Origin: the human T2T-CHM13v2.0 reference genome, Homo sapiens
Assembly (NCBI RefSeq): GCF_009914755.1
Contig: NC_060926.1
Reading direction: 5' to 3' (one strand)
Length of the DNA stretch: 64,000 nt
The position numbers were made by a program, and so were the translations under genes. Within the stretch, counting starts at the first letter, position 1; every line of letters starts with the position of its first letter. The notes beneath the pieces were generated by a model, which searched no databases, was not told the DNA's origin, and saw nothing but the letters and a program-made list of their open reading frames with translations. This document shows positions 40,479-52,495 of the stretch, piece by piece.

Positions 40479-42262
40479 CAACTCACTTTATTTTGAAGCA
40501 ATCAGAAAGTATATCATATCAGGGATAGGAAATGATGATTAATATTTTAGAAAGTTACATAGGGAATAGTGCCACCTTTACAAATATCTGCTCCATGATG
40601 ATCTTTGGGCAAAAGAATGTAGATGGCTAAAAACAGTGGCCACGTAAACAAGACCAACAGGGCTACTGTGACACAGAGAGTCCACCTCTTTTATCCCTCA
40701 GTGACATAAGCATTTTCACATCTCTGATTTTTTTATGGATGGTGCCTGATTTTCTGGTTTTAAACTTATTGATGGCAGTTTTTTGAAGGTAACGTAAAAT
40801 AGCTGCACAATTGAATGCCATCTTAACTAGTCCACACTCTTCTGGATCTCTTCCGTGGTTTCTATTGAGTTTACTCTTAGCAACGGCTAAAATGGGTTGG
40901 ATCAATAGAATTTCCCTTAGAAACTAATCTACTTCACACAGCATCTCTTAGATGACAAAATAACTGCTTAAAAAATAGAAAATCACATCTCTTAACCAAA
41001 CATCCCAAATAACTAGTTATGTTGGCTGATTAATTACTTTCTCAAGTTAAGTGAAAATATAAATAGAATGAAGTATTAGTTCAGTTAAAGTTGGGTTTAA
41101 ATTATTGTAATTAATAACATATATAGTTTGTATTCTAGATTGAATGAGTTCTCTAACCACTTATTTGGTTTAAAATTTATAAAAATGAAGAGTTGAATTC
41201 AGTTTGTTTAGTAGGTGCAGCAATTTTTACAGTTTGTTCTAGTTTTGATTTGCAATTTTGTTTTTGTTTTTGTTTTTGTTTTTGATTTGCAATTTTATTC
41301 TGCCTCATTTATTGGAATTGACCAGCCTGGCATTTTGCCATCTTAATTTCTCATTTCTTTACTTGTTATGATTTGGGATATTTGTATTTGCTTATTTTTT
41401 CAGCATATACACAAGAAGTTTTCAGAGAGTCTAAAGGTTTTTTTTTTTTTAATTTTTAATGGAATTACTTTTCAAAGTTGTTGTTCTGATTTTTTTTTCT
41501 GTTTTTTTCCTATTTTACTCAGTTGCAAATCAGCTAAAGAGCAGGTGTTTGGTGTTGGTGCTTTTTAAAAAAGCAATTCTCACTTAAAAGAGTGTTTTAT
41601 TTCAGGAGAAAATTAGAAAATGTATTTAACCCTTTCTGACATTTTTCAATTATGGATTTTTTAATGAAAGTTTTCTTGTCAAAATTTATTACTTTGCATA
41701 ATTTTGATTTTTAAAATTTAACTAAGGAATGATTTGGTGAATTAGAACTTAAAGCTGCTTAATTCTGACAGATAGGATTATTGGCTTTGGTTTCTTTGTC
41801 TTTTCCTGTTGCCGGAACCAAGTCCTCCTGAATCATTATTTAATCTATAATCCTATAACTTCATTTAAGGTGTTTAAGTGCATAAGCATGTTCAGATTCA
41901 TTTTGCTTTATTATTGCTTAATAAAACTAAATACAAATGAATGAATTACATAATTCAAACAAAATATACGTCTGAGTTATAGCTAATTTTTTAATGCCAA
42001 AATTTGAAACTCTTTTAAAATTAAGAGCACTCATTTCAAGCAAACTATTTGAAGAACTTTTAAAAATTAAACCACCAAAAGGGGGAAAATATTTATACAT
42101 TTTTAAAAGATAATTATTAAATCATGTTTCTTCAATACAAAGTGTTATATTAACATTATCACAATTATATACTTATGAATCCTCATAATGGCAAAATCAT
42201 AAAATTTACATCCCTCTCCCATCCAAATAGCAAAAGTTGCTGGCTTAAAATGTACTAATTTA

Positions 42263-43778
42263 GAAAAAAACTATTTACAAATTCATATGAAACCAAAAAA
42301 CTGTCAAAATAGCTAAGGCAATTCTGAGCAAAAAGAATAAATCTGGAGACATCATGCTACCCAACCTCGAACTATACTGCAGGGCTACGGTAACCAAAAC
42401 AGCATGGTACTGGTACAAAAACAGACACATAGACCAATGGAACAGAATAGAGAGCCTAGAAATTAGGTCACACATCTACAACCATCTGACCTTCAACAAA
42501 GCTGACAAAAACAAGCAATGGGGAAAGGACTCCCTATTCAATAAATAGTGCTGGGATAACTGGCTAGCCATATGCAGAAGATTGAAATGGACCCCTTACT
42601 TACACCATATACAAAAATAGACTGAAGAAGGATTAAAGATTTAAATGTAAAACCCCAGCTATAAAAACCCTGAAAGACAATGTAGGCAATATCATCCTAG
42701 GCATAAGAACTGGCAAAGATTTCATGAAGATGTCAAAAGTGATTGCAATGAAAACAAAAATTGAAAAATGAGATCTAATTAAACTTAAGAACTGCACAGC
42801 AAAAGAAACAGAGTAAGCAGACAGCCTACAGAATGGGAGATAATTTTTGCAAACTATGCATCTGACAAAGGTCTAATATCCAGCATCTATAAAGAACTTT
42901 AGCAAATTTACAAGAGAACAACAAACAGCCCCATTAAAAAGTGGGCAAATGACATGAACAGATACCTTTCAAAAGAAGACATACATGCAGCTAACAAGCA
43001 TATGAAAAAAATCTCAATAATGCTCATAATCAGAAATGAAAACCAAAACCACAACGAGATACCATCTCATCAGTCAGAATGGCTATAATTAAAAAGCCAA
43101 AAAATAACAGATGGTTGTGTGGTTCTGGGGAAAAGGGAATGCTTATACACTGCTAGTGGGGGTGTATAAGTTCAATCATTAGTTCTGCCATTGTGGAAAG
43201 CAGAGTGGCAATTCCTCAAAGAGCTAAAAACAGAACTACTGTTTGACCCAGCAATCCTGTTATGGGTATATACCTAAAGGAATATAAATCATTCTACCAT
43301 AAAGACACATGCACGCATATGTTCACTGCAGCACCATTCACAATAGCAAAGACATGGAATCAACCTAAATGCCCATCAATGACAGGTTAGATAAAGAAAA
43401 TGTGGTACATACACACCATGGAATACTATGTAGCCATAGGAAAGAATGAGATGATGTCCTTTGCAGGAACATGGATGGAGTTGGAGGCCATTATCCTTAG
43501 CAAACTAATACAGGAACAGAAAACCAAATACCACATGTTCTCACTTATAATTGGGAGCTAAATGATGAGAACTCCTGGATGCAAAGAGGGAAACAACAGA
43601 CACTGGGGTCTACTTGAAGATGGAGGGTGGGAGAAGGGAGAGGGTCAGAAAAAACAACTACTGGGTACCTGGCTTAAAACCTAGGTGATGAAATAGTCTG
43701 CACAACAAACCTCATGACATGAGTTAACCTATATAACAAACCTGCACATGTACCCCTGAACCTAAAAGTTATTTTAAA
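42263..43778 (+). mobile_element. 5'-truncated L1 (L1PA15/16-like)
   Basis: ORF2 3' peptide ([23 protein letters not shown]) and L1 3'UTR. TSD aaaatgtactaattta / aaaacgtactagttta. Confidence 0.92.
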
Positions 43779-44269
43779 ACGTACTAGTTTAACTTAAACA
43801 ACAAATACCACCTATGCATTAACTCAGATTCTTTCCATAAGTCCCCGAGTCTCCTAAGTCCATGGCAGAATATGGTAACATTAGAAACAACTCACAGGTC
43901 AGCAAGCTTGAGTTCAATATAACATTCTCAGAGTAGGAGATGTTAAAATTAAATCACTGAGGATAAAACGTTTCTATGGAATAAAATATTGTTAGATATA
44001 ATCATTACTAATTTTTTTGTACGTAAACACTGGTATATGTTGTTACTCATAGAGCTGATTTGACTATTTGGGGCTATCAAGATGCTTTCTTACTCTTTAT
44101 AAAGGGAGAAGAAACCTATCACAATCTTTTTTATTCTAAAGTTTGAAGGAAATCCAAGGAGAATCTACATTGTCTTTTTTTTAATGTTTTATTTCAAAAT
44201 AAAGCTATTACCAGAATAACAATGTGAGTCAGCCAATGTATCAATAAGCAGTTGTGCTAAATTAGCTAC

Positions 44270-44600
44270 ATGAAACAGCAGTACCGGCCCAAGCCTGGTA
44301 GCTCTGCTGGGTGGCTAGCTCCAGAAGAGAATTACAATCACTGCAGTTTGGCTCTCAGGAAGCCCCATCCCTAGGGGAAAGGGGAGATCACCCCATCATG
44401 GGAGCACCCTGTGGGACAAAAGAATCTGAACAGCAGCACTTGAGTCCCAGATCTTCCCTCTGACATAATCTACCCAAATAAGAAGAAACCAGAAGAACAA
44501 TTCTGGTGATACGACAAAACAAGGTTCTTCAGCACCCCCAAAAGATCACACTAGCTCACCAGCAATGGATCCAAACCAAGATGAAGTCCAAATCAAGATG
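44270..44600 (+). mobile_element. L1PB-like 5'UTR / ORF1-start fragment
   Basis: 'gggagcaccctgtgggacaaaagaatctgaacagcagc...agaagaaaccagaagaacaattctgg...caaaagatcacactagctcaccagcaatggatccaaacc'. Confidence 0.75.
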
Positions 44601-44611
44601 AGATCTCATGC

Positions 44612-44835
44612 ATAAGTCTCATGAGATCTGATGGTTTTATAAGGGGTTTCCCCTTTTGCTTGGCTCTCATTCTCTCTGTCGCCTGCTGTCATGCAAGACA
44701 TTCCTTTCACCTTCCACCATGATTGTGAGGCCTCCCCAGCCATGTGGAACTGTGAGTCCATTAAACCTCTTTTTCTCTATAAATTATCTAGTCTCAGGTA
44801 TGTCTTTATCAGCTGCATGAGAATGGACTAATACA
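44612..44835 (+). mobile_element. THE1 LTR, 3' half only
   Basis: ataagtctcatgagatctgatggtttt...ccatgattgtgaggcctccccagccatgtggaactgtgagtccattaaacc...ggactaataca. Confidence 0.9.
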
Positions 44836-46128
44836 TAGACCAATGGAACAGAATAGAGAACCCAGAATTAAGCCAAATACTTACAACCAAGTGATCTTGG
44901 ACAAAGCAAATAAAAACATAAAGTGAGGAAAGGTGCTGGGCCAATTTGTCAGCCATATGTAGAGAATGAAACTGGATCTTCATCTCTCACCTTATACAAA
45001 AATCAACTCAAGGTAGATCAAAGACTTAAATATAAGACCTGAAACCTTAAAAATTCTAAAAGATAACATTGGAAAAACCCTTCTAGACATTGTCTTAGGC
45101 AAAGACTTCATGACCAAGAACCCAGAAGCAAATGCAATAAAAACAAAGATAAATAGATGGAACTTAATTAAACTAATTAAGTACAGCAAAAGAAATAATC
45201 AGCAGAGTAAACAGACAACCTACAGAGTGGGAGAAAATCTTGGCAATCTATACTTAGATTGCCAACAAAGCTCTAATATCCAGAATCTACAAAGAACTCA
45301 AACAAATCAGCAAGGAAAAAAACCAAACAATCCCATCAAAAAGTGGGCAAGGACATAGACAATTTTCAAAAGATGATATACAAATGGCCAACAAACATAT
45401 GAAAAAATGCTCAACATCACTAACGATCAGGGAAATGCAAATCAAAACCACAATGTGATACCACTTTACTCCTGTAAGAATGGCCATAAACAAACAAAAA
45501 AAAAATTAAAAAAAAATAGATATTGGTGTGGATGCGGTGAAAAGGGAACACTTTTACACTGCTGGTGGGAATGTAAATTAGTACAACCACTATGGGAAAC
45601 AGTGTGAAGATTCCTTAAAGAACTAAAGGTAAATCTACCATTTGATCCAGCAATTCCACTCCTGGGTATCTACCTAGAAAAAAAGAAGTCATTATACAAA
45701 GAATATACTTGTACATGCATGTTTATAGCAGCACAATTAGCAGTTGCAAAAATATGGAACCAGTCCAGATGCCCATCAGTCAATAAGTGAATAAAAAAAT
45801 GTGGTAGATATATATCATGGAATACTACTCAGCCAAGAAAAGGAACAAAATAATGGCATTTGCAGCAACCTGGATGGAATTAGAGACCATTATTCTAAGT
45901 GAAGTAACTCAGGAATGGAAAGCAAAACATCATATGTTCTAATTCATAAGTGGGAGCTAAGCTGTGAGGATGCAAAGGCATAAGAACGATACAATGGACT
46001 TTGGGGACTTGGGGGTAAGGGTGGGAGGGGCGTGGGTACAGTGTACACTGCTCGGGTGACAAGTGCAACAAAATCTCAGAAATCACCACTAAAGAACTTA
46101 TTCATGTACAAAAGTAAATAAAAATAAA
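44836..46128 (+). mobile_element. L1PB-like ORF2 3' end and 3'UTR
   Basis: tagaccaatggaacagaatagagaaccc... followed by the L1PB-type 3'UTR 'gtgtacactgctcgggtga...aaaatctcagaaatcaccactaaagaacttattcatgta'. Confidence 0.9.
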
Positions 46129-46258
46129 AGGGTTGAGAGTATCTTTGAATATACAAAGGATTTCATGGAGTCAAAGAATAAAGTGGTTTGTATAATTATA
46201 CTAAAGTCAAGTTTATGTAGAAGAGTGTGTGTGAATGCTGATTAGCCAAAGTCTGGAC

Positions 46259-46882
46259 CATAGTGGCTATTAAACTATTGCCTCTCAACTTCAAACCCAT
46301 GCTTCCGTATGTACTTGCTTTTATGGTACTGAGGGTCATTTATTTTCAGTTGTTCCCCATTATGCTTTGCCAACAAGAGGCACTAGAGAACATCTAGAAG
46401 GCTTAAGGAGTAAAAATAAACTTGTTGCTATTTACTTCCAATTCCAGTCAGGTGATAGCTCTTTACCCTGACGGTGACAATTGAGTCTAGAAATAGCAGC
46501 TGATTCCAGTTTACAGTCTTTTTCTATGCTATTAAAACCAGCCTCATCACATATCTCTCAGAAAACACAACACCATCCAGCCCATGCCTCATCCTCAGAG
46601 GACTGAGTCCCACCTCTGTGAGCTTTCTCCTTTTAGCTCTTCAACACCAGTGCTAACTCCTCAGAGATCTGCATTCCAATTCCACAGGGCTCTCCTCCAT
46701 GCCCCTGAGTTTTAATGATTCCAACCTTTTAGCATTGTTTCCCTAGCCTAGGTTTATTAGCAGAAAGTGTCCCCCTTTTGTCCTTTTAATTTTCTAGTAG
46801 CCTGTTAACAATTCTGTTTAATCTTTTTTTCTGTTAAAGTAATTGGTATAGTTTCTATATCCTCAAAAACTCTGACCTATAT
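46259..46882 (+). mobile_element. Old ERVL-type LTR (LTR33/LTR41-like)
   Basis: 'tttgccaacaagaggcactagagaa' and an end resembling an LTR terminus ('ggtatagtttctat...ctctgac'). Heavily diverged. Confidence 0.45.
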
Positions 46883-49249
46883 AATGGTAGCTAAAGATAA
46901 AGGAATGTATGTCATCACTCAAGATGCCTGCATTAAAGAAGAGATGGGGGCTAAGAGACACATCCTAGGGGACAGAAGAAGGCTTTCCCATGAGAATAAT
47001 CAGAGAGATAAGATGTGAGTGACCAAAATAACAGCTGAGTAACAGACATTAAGGAATAATCCATGGAGCCATATGGCAGAATGTTCTAAAATGGTTAAGA
47101 ATAAAATTATTTTTGAGAACTCTGCATTCTCATTACAATGAAGCTGAGGCTCTCTCATTTAGAGGACAAGCTTTTAAAATTCTTAGTCATTTGTGTATGG
47201 TGGTCCTCATTTTCTATATAGTCCTGAAAAGGGAGCATTGGATGGTCAGCGAAAATGAAAACAGAGGTGTAAGAATGGTCAGATCACCCATTGGGCACCT
47301 GATGGTAGGAACTAGGCCGAAGGTTGTTTGAGACTTTATTTTGTTGTAAATTCCTTGTTTATTAGACTTTTCTTTTGTTCTTTTATTTTGTGGAAGTGTG
47401 AAGGGAATTCTTTAAAAAGGGCCAATATTCCCATCCTGTACAAGTTTTTAGTATCCTCTTTCATGGGAAGAATAAACATTTATGTGACTCTGTCCATCCA
47501 AAATATAAGGAAAAACAACAAGAACTATGGTTTAAATTAATAATCTCAACTTGGGTTTCAGTATTGAAGTTGGTGGTTTAGACTCTGATAATATAGTGGA
47601 ACATACTTTGGCAGAACTGAAAAATGTTTACTTTCTACAAAGCAACATTTCCAGGGCAAACTGGAAATAGTTATTTCACCTTTTTGACAAATTATAACTA
47701 AACCCCAACAATGAAAGAATGTATTAATTTAAAGAGCAAAGTGGACTAATTGCCATTATTAGAACTGCTAATGATGTACTTTGCTATATAATGAAGAAGG
47801 ATTATAAACAAAAATGTAATTGTAATTGACATTATAAAAAGTGTAATTAAAATTATCTCATATTTTCATATAAGCTATGATTTTTATGGATGACATTCCC
47901 TTTGAAATGTTTTTATCTTAAAGGCTCAGATTTCTTTTAAGTTTGATTGGATTCAAGTCCCTATCTCAATAATCAAATACTTAAGCAATCTGTTTTTTCT
48001 GATTCTATAACCTATAAAACTGACTTTTCACACCAAAACTTTCACGTGTAATATTTCCATTAATTTTCATAACCACGAGGCAAGGTAATAATTGGTTATA
48101 TGTTTATTTGCCTAAAGATAGACATTAGACTATAACTCAGTTTTGACTGTAAAGCTCATGCACTTTCTACTATACCAACTGTTTCCCTCTAACTAACCAC
48201 AGCTTCCTTTTGTTTTTGGGAGAATATAGGTAGACAAATGGAAATGTGAAACTGATGTAGTAAAGGTGGTACAACACAGGCCCCAGAAGAGTGATTACTT
48301 TATAAGATCGCTGAGATAGTGGAAGAACTGACACTATTCCAAGTCTTCTGGTTCCCAGTCAGTTCAGTTTGTGTACCACAACATCCTATGACATCATATG
48401 GCTAGACCTGAACTTAGATCAGCATGTTCATAACCACGATTTTAATGCCACTGCCACCAACAGAGAGTTGCTGAATCCCTTGATGGTATTTAATTTTACC
48501 CTGAATCCATTAGTCTGGAGTCTAAAAAACACAATTTTAATGAAATAGAACAACTCAATAGACATACTTCTTTGATATATATAAGAGACAGGAAAACTTT
48601 GTCAGTTTGTATTGAGTTTCCCATGCAATTAGAACCATTTCTATTGTCATTATTTTTCTTAGAAGATCTAAAGAATTTCTTAGAAGTTCTGCTATATGTG
48701 TGACCATAAGACCAAAACCACTTATCCTCTCAATCTGGGAGGAAGAGCTGATAAAGAGCTTCCTCAGACTTTACAAAAAATCATTTCAACTTCACCTTCT
48801 CTGAGTTACCCTGGAGCTGAGTTCATAGGCATTTGGGAGGAGAGAACTGATTTTCTCTATGTTACCATGTGGGAAGAATTTATTTTAATGGCTTGTGTTT
48901 TGCTATTATGATTGTTGGTAGTGGTCCCGAGGGGGAAGAAGAGAAAGTCAAGTTTGAGAGTGACTGAGTGACATAGCAGAGAAGCCGAAAATGTTTTAAA
49001 AACTGAAGTATCCACTTTTCAATTTTAGTTGTTTGAATTCCTATAAAGTATATTCTTTTTATCTCCCCAGATATTTTGGAAAGCCTGCCACACATACAAA
49101 GGCATGGAAATTTAGAAGGAGAGACATGGAAATTTAGGAGAAGGAATATGTTCTTTATTTTTTAAGTACTTGTGAGGAAAGTCATTTTTGAAAACTACTT
49201 TACTATTAGTATACCATTCTGATTATATAATTCTTCCATACCTTGAGGT

Positions 49250-49850
49250 ATAATTTGTCATTTATTTACCTATTAGTTTGAGCTATCTTTTGAAGCAGTA
49301 TGCCATAGACTTTTTCATCTTTCACGTGACAATCTTTTGAAAGGTTGAATGCTTAAAGTCAGATATCTTTCCCCACCACACCCCTACTTTATCTTTTCTG
49401 TAAGATGAAATACATAGCTCTTTCAATCATTTGTTCCTTTGGCATAATATACTAGAACATTATCTTAGTTAATTTATCCTAAGCATTTGTTAACTCTTTG
49501 ATATTGTTCTTCAAATGCAAAGTCCAGTAAAGTACATATACCATCAGGCATGACCTCCTGACAATGTCATGTGTGGCAGGATTACTGCCTTCCTTGATAG
49601 GAATATTATGTGTCTATTAACATAGCCTAAGACTTCATATTTTTTTCTCTTTTTAAACAAGCTAATAACTTTATTGATTGCTATTGAGATTCTTGTTCCT
49701 GTGGGTCTTGTATATGTGAGTTTCTACTGCAAAGCCAACTCATTCTTTATTTGTAAACATTTCTTTAAACCAAGGTGATACATTTAATACTGCGGCTTCT
49801 TAATTTTTTTTGAGTTGGTTGATTTTAATTCGCCATTTTAGATCAAGGAA
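49250..49850 (-). mobile_element. CR1/L3 fragment
   Basis: 'atcttttctgtaagatgaaatacatagctctttcaatcatttg' and 'gcaggattactgccttcc' resemble antisense CR1 RT text. Confidence 0.4.
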
Positions 49851-49979
49851 ACATTAAAGGATTTTAAAAAAAAAACAATTTGGGGGAGATACTTTTCATG
49901 TTGGAAGTCTAGCCCAGCAAGGAGGATGAGAAGTTCCCCACAGTTCACTACAACTGTGCGTACCCATCAAAGACACAAG

Positions 49980-52495
49980 TTCTTACTTTAGAATTAAGTA
50001 AGAACTTAATTCCCACCCCAACAAAGGCTAAAACCTTAGGACCCACAAGGGAGACAGAATTTGGAGGTCAAGTATTATGAAATTAGATCCACTTGAGAAA
50101 GAGTTAGAGTTTTTTATAGACTTACCTTAACAAAGCATTAGAAAAAAAAACAACTATGCAATTTTAAGGTAACCAGCCAGTAATAGAATTTTCCATAATA
50201 ACAAAAATCAACACTCTTCAGATGAGGATAATAGAATGTAAATATGAACAACAATTAACAACATCTAGCACATAATACAAAGTTTCAAAGATGTTTGTGT
50301 GTGTATACATGTATAAACTGTCAATAAAAAAGAAGTAAACAGAAGAACCTAAGCCTGGCATGCTTCAGATTTTGGATTAGAAGACAAAGAACTAAAGGAA
50401 AATGTGTACAAATAATTAAAAAAAAAAGATCTTATAGAATCTCAGGAAAGAAATGGAGACAAAAAACTCCAAAGAAATACTACCATTGGCAAATATAATG
50501 TCTGAAATAAAAATTATTTGGATAGGTTGACAGCAGAATAGAGGTAGATGAAAGAAGAAAGAGTTGTTGAACTTAAGGCAATCAATAGAAAAATTTTAAT
50601 CCAGAGAACAGAGACACAAATTTTGAATAAAAATGGACATCCTTCAAGTCAATTTCAGTGAAATTATCTTGGAAAACTGAGGATGAAACTTGCAACATGC
50701 TTTGAAATGCATTAAAAAATAAGATGGATAATATATAGATAGAATTATGGATAGATAAATAGGCTATTATAAGCATAGTAACATGTTAATTGTGTAATGT
50801 AGTTGATAGGCACATTAGTATTCACTGTAAAGTTCTTTTAACTTCACTTATATTTGAAACATTCAATAATAACATATTGAAAAAATAAAAAGATGAGAAA
50901 ATGATGACACTTCAAATGACAAAAATTTAGACAATGTGTCATAAAAGATCTACACTAAAATAAATTCTAAATACTCTTTAGGCTGAAAAGAAATCATGTC
51001 AGATGGAAACTCAATCCTTTAGGTTAGAGATAATATGTCCAGAAATGGTAAATAGATGGATAAATATAAATGATCCTTTTCCCTTCATTATATCTTCAGA
51101 AAACAACCGATTATTTTAAAACACAATAAGGGCATTTGAAGATGGGCTTTATATTGTTTGTAGAAATAAAAGATATGAAAACATTTGCAAAAAATGGGAT
51201 GAAAGGTAAATGCAAGTATTCTCTTGTAAGGTTAATACATTTTGTGAATTGAGAGTTGAGATGTATGAAATATGAAGTGAGAAGTATGAAATATGAAGTA
51301 TCTGGTGAGAAGTGAGAACTGTGAAGGGTCAATTGTGAACTGTTAAGTGGTATAATATTGATTCTAAATATATTTTTGTAAAAACGTATGTTGCTAACCC
51401 AGGAGCAGACCAAAAAAATTAAAAAGACATGCAGCTAAGAAACCAATATTGAAAATAAAATGGAATAGTTAAAAATTTCAATTAACCCCAAAAAGTCAGT
51501 AAAGAGACAACAAAGAAACAAAAAAAAAGAGTGAAATAGGAAACAAAAAGTAGAATTAATTATAAATACTATATGAAATACATAAAAACTAAACACTCCA
51601 AATAAGACACAGAGTTTGTTGGACTGTAAAAAAGCAAAATCAAATTCTGTCTTATATATGAGGTGCACTACAAATACAAAAATGTAAATAGTTAGAAAGT
51701 ATAAGAATGGCAAATAATATAGCATGTAACAATAAGCCTAAGAAAACTGCCATGGTTATATTAATATGAGAAAAAGTAGATTTCAAGAGGAAAATACTGT
51801 AAGAGATGAGGATAGGCAATTTTTAAATGGTGAAATGGGTAATTCATCAAAATAACACAATTCTATTTATGTATGCACTTAAAAACGAGGCACTTACTTT
51901 TGTGAAGCAAAAACTGATGGAAGTAACAGAAGCAATGCAAAACTCAAAAGGCATGGCTATAAATTTGTAACACCCTTCATTCCCTAATTTATGGAACAAG
52001 TGGACCAAAAAAATCTGAAGAAATACAAAAAGTCTAAACAAGAAACTTGAATTAATTGACATTTAACAGAACACTAATATGACATAAAATAATTATATTA
52101 TACACATTATTTTCAAGTATACATCAAATGGTGAACAGAATCAGTTATAATTTGTGTCATTAAATATGTCTCAGTAAATTTCAGAAAGATTGAGGTTTTC
52201 AGAGTATGTACTGTGACCACAATGGAATAAGATTAGAAATCAGTAACAGAAAATATCTACAGAATCCCCAAGTGTTTGGAAATTAAATATAGTACTTCAA
52301 AGTAACACATGTACTAAATAGGAACTCAAGATTGAAACTGTAAATATTTTAAAACAAATTACAATAAACACAATATATAAAAATGTGTGGTACCTAGACA
52401 AAGCAGTGCTTAGAGACAAATCTGTAGCTTTAAATGATTATATCAGAACAACAAAACAAATGTTCTACAACCAAGGATCTAAGCTTCTAGCTTGA
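49980..52495 (+). mobile_element. Old L1M (L1ME-like) ORF1 to ORF2-endonuclease remnant
   Basis: A-rich, decayed L1 text ('ggataggttgacagcagaatagag', 'atgtactgtgaccacaatggaataagattagaaatcag', 'aaagcagtgcttagagacaaat'). Confidence 0.75.

Noticed and set aside
40663-40905. 80-aa minus-strand ORF / plus-strand exon-like segment at 40702-40788
   Set aside because: No protein similarity that I recognise, the plus-strand frames I checked contain stops, and nothing supports a gene model.
51263-51320. Short tandem duplications (gtatgaaatatgaagt x2; also ggtgtggtatca x2 at ~5029-5052 and gaagggagct x2 at ~35732-35751)
   Set aside because: These are commonplace slippage duplications inside decayed TEs.
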